The notes beneath the pieces were generated by a model. The model did no database searches. It had not been told where the DNA came from and saw only the letters and a program-made list of their open reading frames with translations. Made by a program: the position numbers and the translations under genes. From positions 48,806 to 112,805 of the forward strand of contig JAEYPN010000030.1 in the NCBI GenBank assembly GCA_023410715.1: 64,000 nt of DNA. The letters run 5' to 3'. Within the stretch, counting starts at the first letter, position 1. Each line of letters opens with the position of its first letter. Below, in pieces: positions 36,694-45,203 of the stretch. The DNA is from Bacillota bacterium. Lineage in GTDB: Bacteria > Bacillota_I > Bacilli_A > Izemoplasmatales > UBA1188.

Positions 36694-37320
36694 ATGAGTG
36701 AAACTTTAAAAGAGTTAAATAAACAAGAAATCACAGATTTATCTGTTCTTGAAGATTATGAATTAAATACATTAACCCCAGAAGAACATTTATATGGCTT
36801 ATTAATTATAAACAAGTATTTGCAAAAGAAAGAAGATTATTATGGTTCATATCTTTTATCACTTGCAGCATTTGATTTAATTCAGTTTGATTATCAAGGA
36901 AGACTTAACTTTCAAGATAAAGATAATCATGTCTTATACTATGGATTTGTTAATGTGATTAAAAAGTTTGATACTAAAAACTTACTTACAAAAATTAGAA
37001 TGTTTGGCGTTGGTTTAGCCCTTGTTAGTATGATTTACACTAAGAACTTTATTGATGATATTAAATATCCAATTTGGATCGCATCAGTTGCTTTATTTGT
37101 CGTCTTAATTCCTTATTTATCAAAATTAATTATAGGTAAAATATATAAGAAAAAATATCATTTTTCTGATGATTATGTTTTTGATGTAATTCCTAAAAAA
37201 TGGTTAGATTTTAAGGTTGAACCAGTAGAACAAAATGAAAATTCAATCGAACAAAAGGAAAATAATAATATTGAAGAAGTTGAAATAGTGAAAGAAAATG
37301 ACAGCCAACGAGATAATTAA
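36694..37320 (+). CDS. Hypothetical membrane protein
   Basis: 208-aa ORF with two central hydrophobic helices and an acidic C-terminus. No family recognised. Confidence 0.45.
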   Translation: MSETLKELNKQEITDLSVLEDYELNTLTPEEHLYGLLIINKYLQKKEDYYGSYLLSLAAFDLIQFDYQGRLNFQDKDNHVLYYGFVNVIKKFDTKNLLTKIRMFGVGLALVSMIYTKNFIDDIKYPIWIASVALFVVLIPYLSKLIIGKIYKKKYHFSDDYVFDVIPKKWLDFKVEPVEQNENSIEQKENNNIEEVEIVKENDSQRDN

Positions 37321-37720
37321 TATATTAAAAGAAAATGATGTATATGAAGGTGAATATCCAGTAATACTGACAATTCTTCCAATCCAAGGTCATGCTTATA
37401 AGCAGTATACTGCATGTATTATGACTATATCAATTGAAGAAGAAATATTGCATTTATTCCCAATGGTCGGATCTTTCAAGGAAAAATACCAAAAAGGCGA
37501 AGAAAGACATATAAGTATTAAAGATATTGAACTTTTTCAATTTCATCGTTATGATTTATTTTTTAGTAAGGCAATTAGCTTGCATATTAAAGAAGGGGAC
37601 TGGTTTGATTTCGATTATCGCTTTAAAGAAAAAGATTTTAAAGAGCAAAAAAGTAACCTATTATTTATTAAAGATAAAGTTAGGGAAATTCGTTCAAATA
37701 GTATTGTAAGTAGACAATAA
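37298..37720 (+). CDS. Hypothetical protein
   Basis: 140-aa ORF overlapping the upstream gene by 23 nt. No family recognised. Confidence 0.4.
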   Translation: MTANEIINILKENDVYEGEYPVILTILPIQGHAYKQYTACIMTISIEEEILHLFPMVGSFKEKYQKGEERHISIKDIELFQFHRYDLFFSKAISLHIKEGDWFDFDYRFKEKDFKEQKSNLLFIKDKVREIRSNSIVSRQ

Positions 37721-37732
37721 ATGTGTTAAAAT
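37704..37732 (+). promoter_or_regulatory. Putative promoter of the T-box leader
   Basis: TTGTAA (37704-09), 17 nt spacer, TAAAAT (37727-32). Confidence 0.4.
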
Positions 37733-37739
37733 ACTCATA

Positions 37740-37955
37740 GATGTAATGAAGTAGAGTAGTAAATATAAACGAGTTTATAGAGAACAAGTGGTTGGTGGAA
37801 ACTTGTATGAATTTATATTGAAGTAGCTATGGAGCAGTTTTTATGAAACTAAGTAGTAAAAACCGGTCACGACCGTTAAAAGTGTTGAGTGCTAGTTTAT
37901 CTAGAACAAAGGTGGTACCACGGAATATTTCGTCCTTTTTAGGGCGATTTTTTTT
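37740..37955 (+). promoter_or_regulatory. T-box riboswitch leader, valine-specific (specifier GUA)
   Basis: Stem I shows AGTA (S-turn), an AGAGA bay and a GGTGGAA distal loop. The specifier-loop context is GAA-GTA-G, with the GTA codon at 37823-37825. The conserved T-box sequence AAAGGTGGTACCACGG lies at about 37908-37923. A terminator (TCGTCCT...AGGGCGA plus a T-run) lies at about 37930-37956. Confidence 0.85.
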
Positions 37956-37966
37956 TGGAGGAAAAG

Positions 37967-38440
37967 ATGGATAGTTACGTAAAAAAAATTAGAAGTTTAG
38001 TTGGAAATACAGAAAAAATAATTTTACATGCTTGTGCAGTAATTATTACAAACGAGAATAACGAAATATTGCTTCAACAAAGAGCTGATACACTTAAATG
38101 GGGACTTCCAGGCGGCTTAAAAGAATTAAATGAAACGCTTCTAGAATGTGCGAAAAGAGAAGTCAAAGAAGAAACTAACTTAGATGTGAAAATTTTAAAA
38201 CTACAAGGAATTTATACAAATCCTGATATGAGCTGGTTTGGATATGACCACGCTGAAGTCATTTGTACAATGTTTATTGGCAAAGCAAGTGGCGAGATTA
38301 AATGTGATAATGAAGAAGGCGTTGCCTTAAAATATTTTAAAAAAGAAGATTTACCAGTTATTCATTCAGTGGATAACTTTGAAGCAATAACTGATTACTT
38401 TAATAACCGACACAATGTTGTCGATGGGAGGATATTATGA
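37967..38440 (+). CDS. NUDIX hydrolase
   Basis: The Nudix box is GGLKELNETLLECAKREVKEETNL (GX5EX7REUXEEXGU). ATG 37967 behind a GGAGG RBS is preferred over TTG 37955. The stop overlaps the valS start (ATGA). Confidence 0.8.
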   Translation: MDSYVKKIRSLVGNTEKIILHACAVIITNENNEILLQQRADTLKWGLPGGLKELNETLLECAKREVKEETNLDVKILKLQGIYTNPDMSWFGYDHAEVICTMFIGKASGEIKCDNEEGVALKYFKKEDLPVIHSVDNFEAITDYFNNRHNVVDGRIL

Positions 38441-41004
38441 TAAAACCAAAATATGATCATAAAGAAGTAGAAGAAGGACGTTACCAAGAATGGTTGAAAG
38501 GTGGATTTTTTGATTCGGGCGACTTATCGAAGAAGCCTTTTACAATTGTTATACCACCACCAAATGTTACAGGTAAGCTCCATCTTGGACATGCTTGGGA
38601 TACAGCAATTCAAGATATGATTATAAGACGTAAAAGGATGCAAGGATATGATGCTTTATGGGTACCTGGAATGGATCATGCAGGTATTGCTACTCAAGCC
38701 AAAGTTGACCAAAAATTAAGAGCGCAAGGCATATCACGCTATGATTTAGGTAGAGAAGAATACCTAAAAGTTGCATGGAGCTGGAAAAAAGAATATGCAG
38801 AATTTATTCATGCGCAATGGGCAAAGCTTGGTCTTTCTTTAGACTATAATAAAGAAAGATTTACTCTTGATGAAGGATTAAATAAAGCGGTTAACTATGT
38901 TTTCGTAACTTTATATAATAAAGGTTTAATTTATCGTGGTGAAAGAATCATTAACTGGGATTGTGAAGCAAAAACTGCTTTATCAAATGTTGAAATTGAA
39001 CATGAGGATACAAATGGCGCTTTTTATTATTTTAAATACATGCTTAAAGATAGTGATGATTATTTAGTAATTGCAACGACAAGACCTGAAACGATGTTTG
39101 GAGATACTGCTATAATGGTTCATCCAAGCGATGAAAGATTTAAAGATTATGTTGGTAAGGAAGTTTATATTCCTACGACTAATCGTTTAATTCCTGTTAT
39201 TACTGATTACTATGTAGATAAGAATTTTGGAACTGGTTGCGTTAAAGTAACACCAGCTCATGACCCCAATGACTTTGAAGTAGGACGTCGTCATAAACTT
39301 GATATGCCACTTTGTATGAATGAAGATGGCACAATGAATGAGTTAGCTCATAAATATCAAGGTATGGACCGCTTTGAGTGCCGAAAAGAGCTAGTTAAAG
39401 ACATTGATGCTTTAGGATTACTTGTTAAAATTGAACCAATAGTTCACTCTGTTGGTTATTCTGAAAGAACTAAAGTTATGGTTGAACCAAGACTTTCTAA
39501 ACAATGGTTTGTTAAAATGAAACCACTTGTTGAACAAGCGTTAAGTGATGATACTTTATCATGGATACCTCGTCGTTTTGAAAAAACATATAGAAATTGG
39601 ATGGAAAACCTAGATGACTGGTGTATATCACGTCAGTTATGGTGGGGTCATAGAATTCCGGTATATTATAAAGGTGATGAAATAATTGTATCAGAGACAA
39701 AGCCAGAAGGTATTGGTTATATTCAAGATGAAGATGTGCTTGATACTTGGTTCTCATCAGCCTTATGGCCATTCTCAACTTTAGGTTGGCCAGAAAAGAC
39801 GATAGATTTTGAACGTTATTTTCCAAATGATGTTTTAGTTACTGCATATGATATTATTTTCTTCTGGGTTGCTAGAATGATTTTCCAGGGAAAAGAATTT
39901 ACCGGAAAAATGCCATTTAAAGAAGTTTTAATTCATGGATTAATTCGTGATAAAGATGGTAGAAAAATGAGTAAGTCACTTGGCAATGGTGTTGATCCAA
40001 TGGATGAAATTGAAAAATATGGTGCTGATTCTCTTCGCTATTTCTTAACTACAAACTCATCTCCTGGGCAAGATTTACGTTATGACCCTGAAAAGGTCGA
40101 AGCTAGTTGGAACTTCATTAATAAGCTATGGAATATCTCTCGCTTTGTTTTAATGATGGTTGAAGACTTAGAATCATCTGATTTAGTGTTAAATGAAGAA
40201 GAATTAGATATTCCTTCAAAATGGATTTTAACAAATTTAAATAACGTTATTAAATCTGTTGATGCTAACTTCGATAAATACGAATTTGGTGAAGTAGCGA
40301 GAGCTTTATATAATTTTACTTGGAATGATTTTGCACCATGGTATCTAGAAATGGCTAAATTAAAACCAAATGATCATAATACAAAAGTTGTTTTAGTTTC
40401 AGTTTTAAAAGATGTTTTAAAGATGTTACATCCATTTATTCCATTTGTAACTGAAGAATTATATCTTAAACTTCCAGTTTTAGAAAAGTCAATTATGGTT
40501 GCTTCATGGCCAACAGCCTCATATAAAGAATATGATGTTCTAAAAGAAATGAATTTATTAATGGATATTGTAACTAAGACACGAAATATTCGTAACGAGT
40601 ATAACGTACCATTATCGAAAAAAATTGATTTTATCGTTAAAGCAGGAGAAGAAAACAAAAATATTATTAATGAACTAAGACCTTATTTAGACAAATTTAT
40701 TAATATTAATGAGTTTAACTTTACAACTATTGCTGAAATCAAAGATACAGTAAACTTTGTAAGTGATGAAGTAACAGTTTCCATTCCTCTTGGATCTTTA
40801 GTGGATTCTCAAGCAGAAAAGCTTAGATTAGAAAATGAACTAGTAAGACTTGAAAAAGAAATTGCTCGTTCTAATGGCATGTTAAATAATCAAAACTTTA
40901 TAAGTAAAGCTAATCCAGCTAAAGTAGAAGAAGAAAGGGAAAAATTAACTAAATATCAAAAGAGCTTAGAAGAAGTTAAAAATGCTCTTTCAAGGTTAAA
41001 TTAA
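38437..41004 (+). CDS. valS: Valyl-tRNA synthetase
   Basis: 855 aa with PPPNVTGKLHLGHAW (HIGH), KMSKS, editing-domain motifs and the C-terminal coiled coil typical of ValRS. Confidence 0.97.
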   Translation: MIKPKYDHKEVEEGRYQEWLKGGFFDSGDLSKKPFTIVIPPPNVTGKLHLGHAWDTAIQDMIIRRKRMQGYDALWVPGMDHAGIATQAKVDQKLRAQGISRYDLGREEYLKVAWSWKKEYAEFIHAQWAKLGLSLDYNKERFTLDEGLNKAVNYVFVTLYNKGLIYRGERIINWDCEAKTALSNVEIEHEDTNGAFYYFKYMLKDSDDYLVIATTRPETMFGDTAIMVHPSDERFKDYVGKEVYIPTTNRLIPVITDYYVDKNFGTGCVKVTPAHDPNDFEVGRRHKLDMPLCMNEDGTMNELAHKYQGMDRFECRKELVKDIDALGLLVKIEPIVHSVGYSERTKVMVEPRLSKQWFVKMKPLVEQALSDDTLSWIPRRFEKTYRNWMENLDDWCISRQLWWGHRIPVYYKGDEIIVSETKPEGIGYIQDEDVLDTWFSSALWPFSTLGWPEKTIDFERYFPNDVLVTAYDIIFFWVARMIFQGKEFTGKMPFKEVLIHGLIRDKDGRKMSKSLGNGVDPMDEIEKYGADSLRYFLTTNSSPGQDLRYDPEKVEASWNFINKLWNISRFVLMMVEDLESSDLVLNEEELDIPSKWILTNLNNVIKSVDANFDKYEFGEVARALYNFTWNDFAPWYLEMAKLKPNDHNTKVVLVSVLKDVLKMLHPFIPFVTEELYLKLPVLEKSIMVASWPTASYKEYDVLKEMNLLMDIVTKTRNIRNEYNVPLSKKIDFIVKAGEENKNIINELRPYLDKFININEFNFTTIAEIKDTVNFVSDEVTVSIPLGSLVDSQAEKLRLENELVRLEKEIARSNGMLNNQNFISKANPAKVEEEREKLTKYQKSLEEVKNALSRLN

Positions 41005-42257
41005 TGTTTAAAAATATAAAAGAAGCGATTGAATGGATTGAAACACGTCGTAGATTTTCAAAAAAAGTTGATTTACACAAAATAACTTTAGCTTTAAAAT
41101 TGTTAGATAACCCTGAAAAAGCTTATCCAACAATTCATATCGCAGGAACAAACGGAAAAGGATCTTGTTGTAACTATTTAAAAAATGCGTTAAAGCAAGC
41201 TGGCTATAAGGTTGGACTTTATACATCACCTTATGTTGTAAAATTCAATGAAAGAATCATGATTAATGACGAGTATATTAGTGATGATGACATCTTATTA
41301 TACACTAATTATTTGCTAGATTTAAATGATCGACTTGAACAAGAATTTAATGAACAAATGACTTTCTTTGAACTTGAAACAACTATGGCTTTCTTATATT
41401 TTAAAGATCAAATGGTTGATGTGGCAGTAATTGAAGTAGGACTTGGTGGCATTCTTGATGCGACTAATGTAATTACCCCTTTAGCATGTGGAATAACTAA
41501 TATTGGTTATGATCATATGAATATTTTAGGTAATACTTTAGAAGAAATTGCTATTAATAAATTAGGCATTTTGAAACCTAATGTCCCAATGTTTACCACT
41601 GCCGATAAATCACTATATTCTCTATTTAAAGAATATTCAAGTAAAACACTATCTCCATTATATTTTTTAGAAAACGATGCTAAAAATATAATAGTTAATG
41701 ATAAAACTAGATTTGATTATTTAGATATGCACTTTGATTTATCACTAATTGGTTATCATCAAGTCGATAATGCGATACTTGCCATCAATATCTTAAAATA
41801 TTTAAAAAATAAAAAAGAATTTGATATAAGTGATAGTAATATTATTACGGGTTTAAATGAAACAAAGTGGCCAGGAAGATTTGAAGTATTCAACAATGTC
41901 ATTATTGATGGTGCTCACAATGAGCCAGGAATATTATCATTAAAAAAGACTTTAAGTATTTATAATGATAAAAAAATTATTGCCATGCTTTGTATGATGC
42001 ATGATAAGGATTATAAGACAGTAATAAAAATTGTTGATAGTATGGTTGATGAAATATATTTTACAAAAATTGACTATAAAAGAAGTAGTGAATCTTATGA
42101 ATTATATTTAAACTCTAATCATCCTAATAAGCATTATGTTGATGATTATATTACAACTTTTAATAACATTGTCTCAAATCTCAAGGATAACGAAATTTTA
42201 CTTGTAACTGGATCGCTTTATTTTGTCAGTGAAATAAGAAAATTATTAGTGAAATAG
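41004..42257 (+). CDS. folC: Folylpolyglutamate synthase / dihydrofolate synthase
   Basis: HIAGTNGKGS P-loop, EVGLGG and IIDGAHN motifs. It sits immediately after valS, as in Bacillus. Confidence 0.9.
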   Translation: MFKNIKEAIEWIETRRRFSKKVDLHKITLALKLLDNPEKAYPTIHIAGTNGKGSCCNYLKNALKQAGYKVGLYTSPYVVKFNERIMINDEYISDDDILLYTNYLLDLNDRLEQEFNEQMTFFELETTMAFLYFKDQMVDVAVIEVGLGGILDATNVITPLACGITNIGYDHMNILGNTLEEIAINKLGILKPNVPMFTTADKSLYSLFKEYSSKTLSPLYFLENDAKNIIVNDKTRFDYLDMHFDLSLIGYHQVDNAILAINILKYLKNKKEFDISDSNIITGLNETKWPGRFEVFNNVIIDGAHNEPGILSLKKTLSIYNDKKIIAMLCMMHDKDYKTVIKIVDSMVDEIYFTKIDYKRSSESYELYLNSNHPNKHYVDDYITTFNNIVSNLKDNEILLVTGSLYFVSEIRKLLVK

Positions 42258-42282
42258 TGTCAAAATTGACACTATTTTTTTT
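42254..42282 (+). terminator. Rho-independent terminator
   Basis: ATAGTGTCAA-aa-TTGACACTAT palindrome followed by TTTTTTTT. Confidence 0.8.
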
Positions 42283-42308
42283 GAGGTGATAATATTAAAA
42301 ATGAAGGA

Positions 42309-42944
42309 ATGCCACGTGAAAGGTTATTAAAATATGGCGCAAAGAATTTACTTGATGAAGAATTACTTGCCATTTTAATTTCAACAGGAACAAAAAAAGA
42401 AAATGTTTTATCTTTATCAACAAGAATCATTAAAAATTTAGAAAATATAAAGACATTAGAAGATATGACATTTAATGAATTAACTAAATATGAAGGAATT
42501 GGAATAGCTAAAGCCATTACAATAATTGCAGCAATTGAACTTGGAAAAAGAATAATTTATAAGATTGACCAACCACTTTATTTTAATAAAAGTGAAACAG
42601 TCTATGAATTTATGCGTTATGATTTAGAAGATGAAAAGCAGGAGCAATTTTATGTTCTTTTTTTAGATAGCAAATTAAAATTAATACAAAAAAAATGTTT
42701 GTTTATTGGAACTTTAAATAAATCCCTAGTTTCTCCAAGAGAAGTTTTTAAGTATGCTTATAAGCTTGATGCATATGCCTTAATTTTAGTTCATAATCAT
42801 CCATCAGGGGATTCAACACCATCAAAAGATGACATTGAAATTACAAAAAACTTTATGACAATTTCTGATATATTTGGTCTAAAAATAATTGACCATATAA
42901 TAATTGGTAAAAACAGATATGATAGTGTCATTAATTGCATATAA
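42309..42944 (+). CDS. radC: RadC-like JAMM-domain protein
   Basis: PRERLLKYGAKNLLDEELLAILISTG (HhH region) and the JAMM motif LVHNHPSGDSTPSKDD. Confidence 0.85.
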   Translation: MPRERLLKYGAKNLLDEELLAILISTGTKKENVLSLSTRIIKNLENIKTLEDMTFNELTKYEGIGIAKAITIIAAIELGKRIIYKIDQPLYFNKSETVYEFMRYDLEDEKQEQFYVLFLDSKLKLIQKKCLFIGTLNKSLVSPREVFKYAYKLDAYALILVHNHPSGDSTPSKDDIEITKNFMTISDIFGLKIIDHIIIGKNRYDSVINCI

Positions 42945-42948
42945 TTAG

Positions 42949-43434
42949 TTGGTGAAAGATTTGAAGAGAATATTAATTTCTATAATTATATTATTAGTGG
43001 TTGTTTGTTTTAATAATATTGAGATCATGAATAAACCTTTAAAAGCGTACTTTTTAGAAACAATAAATATAACGAAAATAACAAATTTATTTAGAAACAA
43101 AAAAATTGAAAAGGTTAATTTAAATATGGATAAAGTACTAAGTAAAGAATTAGTACCTTTTAAAGATGGAGCTTTAGTTAAAATAAATGAGGATTTTGTA
43201 AATCCGCTTATGCCAGGTAGTGTTATATATGTCGGATATTTAGAATATTACGGAAACAGCGTGATAATTAAAGGTATTGATGGAAAAGAATATCATTATG
43301 GATTTTTAGAAAAAATTTATGTTAAATTATATGATGAAGTCACAGTTGAGACTGTGCTTGCCGATTTAAGTCTTGATCATGACATGTTATATTATTTATA
43401 CTTTTTAGAAATCAAGGGTTATGACATTATTTAA
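42949..43434 (+). CDS. SpoIVFA-like protein with a degenerate M23/LytM domain
   Basis: N-terminal TM followed by a C-terminal PGSVIYVGYLEYYGNSVIIKGIDGKEYHYGFLEKIYVKLYDEV. This has the LytM fold pattern, but the catalytic His positions are replaced. It lies directly upstream of an M50 protease gene, as in spoIVFA-spoIVFB. Confidence 0.5.
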   Translation: MVKDLKRILISIIILLVVVCFNNIEIMNKPLKAYFLETINITKITNLFRNKKIEKVNLNMDKVLSKELVPFKDGALVKINEDFVNPLMPGSVIYVGYLEYYGNSVIIKGIDGKEYHYGFLEKIYVKLYDEVTVETVLADLSLDHDMLYYLYFLEIKGYDII

Positions 43435-44170
43435 AAAAATAGAAATTCATTTTAGTAGTTATTTATGGTTGATTTTTTTGCTTTTTACTGGGCAAATATC
43501 TTTTTTCATTAATATGTTTATAATATTAGTTGCCCATGAACTAGGGCATATAATTATTATTAGATTATTAAATAGAAAAATATATAAAATTGTAATATTT
43601 CCACTTGGTGGAGTCATTGATTTTGAAATTGATAAAAATGCCGATTTAAAAGAAGAATTCCTAATTTTTTTAGGAGGATTATTAGTTAATATTTTAATTT
43701 GTTTTTTACCGCTGAGTGAAGAAATTAAAATATTTAATTTTTCTATGTTAATATTTAATGCATTGCCAATAATTCCACTTGATGGCGGAAGAATTTTAGA
43801 AAATTTAATTTCAAGATTTTTTTCTTTTATAAATACTTTAAAAATTATGAGTATATTTTCTATTACTGTAAGCATTTCTATTTATTTATACTTTTTGTTT
43901 ATCACAAGAAACTTTACTTATTTTGCTCTCCTATGTTACCTACTACTAGAAATTGTCAATTATTACTCCAAAATAAATAAACGTTTTAATTATTTTATCT
44001 TAAATAAATATCTTTATAATAACGATAGATTAAAAAGAAGAAAGGTAAAAAACAGTAACATTCCCAAGAATTTTTATAAAGGCTATAATAACTATCAAAA
44101 TGATAAGAATGAAAAATATTTGTTAGATACTTATTTTAAGAAAGAAACAAATAATAATTTTGATAAATAG
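43421..44170 (+). CDS. M50 site-2 metalloprotease, SpoIVFB-like (no CBS domain)
   Basis: Polytopic membrane protein with HELGH (LVAHELGHII) and NALPIIPLDGGRIL motifs. It sits before rplU, as in B. subtilis. Confidence 0.7.
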   Translation: MTLFKKIEIHFSSYLWLIFLLFTGQISFFINMFIILVAHELGHIIIIRLLNRKIYKIVIFPLGGVIDFEIDKNADLKEEFLIFLGGLLVNILICFLPLSEEIKIFNFSMLIFNALPIIPLDGGRILENLISRFFSFINTLKIMSIFSITVSISIYLYFLFITRNFTYFALLCYLLLEIVNYYSKINKRFNYFILNKYLYNNDRLKRRKVKNSNIPKNFYKGYNNYQNDKNEKYLLDTYFKKETNNNFDK

Positions 44171-44214
44171 TTTTGTAAATAAACTCAAACTTTATTTACA
44201 AAACTATTTTGTTT
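44168..44214 (+). terminator. Rho-independent terminator
   Basis: A 16-bp stem TAGTTTTGTAAATAAA ... TTTATTTACAAAACTA followed by TTTTGTTT. Confidence 0.8.
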
Positions 44215-44381
44215 AAATTTAAATTATCAATTAAATTTTTTATAAAAAAACCAATAAAATCTAGAAGCAAATAAATAATAATGATAGATAAAAAAGTAAA
44301 AGTTTCAAAATAAAAACAATTGTTGCGTTTACTTATTCCTTTAACAAATAAATATTAGTAGTAATAATAATAAAAAATAAA

Positions 44382-44410
44382 TTGACTTAAGTGTAAAATT
44401 AATGTATAAT
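44382..44410 (+). promoter_or_regulatory. Sigma-A promoter of the rplU-rpmA operon
   Basis: TTGACT (44382-87), 17 nt spacer, TGtTATAAT (TATAAT 44405-10). Confidence 0.65.
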
Positions 44411-44416
44411 TGTTAC

Positions 44417-44500
44417 GTATGTCGCATACCGCACAAAAAAGGTTATAAATCACATGGTGTGTACCTTTGTTTGGCGAGTCTATTAAATATATTTAGGAGG
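44417..44500 (+). promoter_or_regulatory. Probable L21 ribosomal-protein leader RNA
   Basis: An ~80-nt structured 5' UTR between the promoter and the rplU RBS. GTATGTCGCATACCGCAC forms a hairpin, and GGTGTGTACC/GGTTATAAATCACATGG segments follow. Position and length fit the Firmicute L21 leader, but I did not test it against a covariance model. Confidence 0.45.
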
Positions 44501-44509
44501 TGCAATTTA

Positions 44510-44818
44510 ATGTACGCAGTTATTGAAACAGGTGGAAAACAAGTTCGTTGTGAAGTTGGACAAAGTATTTATGTTGAAAAGATTGAAGTAGCAGCAGGCG
44601 AAAACTATACTTTTGATAAAATACTTATGGTCGGTGGAGAAAAGACTATTGTTGGTGAACCCTATATTGCAGGAGCTAGTGTTGTAGCAACTGTAGAAAA
44701 ACAAGGACGCGGTAAAAAAATTATTGTTTTCAAAATGAAACAAAAAAAGAAATACCGTCGTAAAAAAGGTCACAGACAATCTTACACAAAATTATTAATT
44801 CAAGAAATTAATGCTTAA
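44510..44818 (+). CDS. rplU: 50S ribosomal protein L21
   Basis: [18 protein letters not shown]... behind an AGGAGGTG RBS. The ORF-track start at 44402 is a spurious 5' extension through the leader. Confidence 0.95.
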   Translation: MYAVIETGGKQVRCEVGQSIYVEKIEVAAGENYTFDKILMVGGEKTIVGEPYIAGASVVATVEKQGRGKKIIVFKMKQKKKYRRKKGHRQSYTKLLIQEINA

Positions 44819-44846
44819 TTAAAACTAAAAAATGGAGGTGTTTTCT

Positions 44847-45134
44847 ATGATATTAAACATGCAGGTTTTGGAACTATGTGCTTCTAAAAAAGGTGTTGGT
44901 TCTACTAAGAATGGTAGAGACTCAGCTGGTAGAAGATTAGGTGCTAAATTATCTGATGGACAATTCTGTACAGCTGGTAGTATTATATATCGTCAAAGAG
45001 GAACTAAAGTACATCCAGGTTTAAACGTTGGAATTGGCTCTGATGACACATTGTTCGCAACAATTGATGGTGTTGTTAAATTTGAAAGACTAGGAAAAGA
45101 TCGCAAAAAAGCGTCAGTATACCCAGTAGAATAA
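44847..45134 (+). CDS. rpmA: 50S ribosomal protein L27, with an N-terminal extension
   Basis: [34 protein letters not shown]...YRQRGTK... ATG 44847 lies 6 nt after a GGAGGTG RBS. Confidence 0.95.
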   Translation: MILNMQVLELCASKKGVGSTKNGRDSAGRRLGAKLSDGQFCTAGSIIYRQRGTKVHPGLNVGIGSDDTLFATIDGVVKFERLGKDRKKASVYPVE

Positions 45135-45138
45135 TTGG

Positions 45139-45167
45139 AAATAGTAACTTTGTTACTATTTTTTTTA
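45139..45167 (+). terminator. Rho-independent terminator after rpmA
   Basis: AATAGTAAC-ttt-GTTACTATT hairpin followed by TTTTTT. Confidence 0.8.
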
Positions 45168-45203
45168 TTATTAATATGCTATAATTATTTAGGGTGTAAA
45201 GTC

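Noticed and set aside
44402-44509. A 36-codon 5' extension of rplU is given in the ORF track ([13 protein letters not shown]...).
   Set aside because: The canonical L21 N-terminus [11 protein letters not shown] starts at 44510, directly behind AGGAGGTG. The extension begins inside the -10 element and runs through the structured leader.
45135-45203. A non-ATG (TTG) start at 45135 is given for the HExxH membrane protein, immediately after the rpmA stop.
   Set aside because: The segment contains the rpmA rho-independent terminator (45139-45167). ATG 45204, with its own RBS, lies downstream of that terminator.
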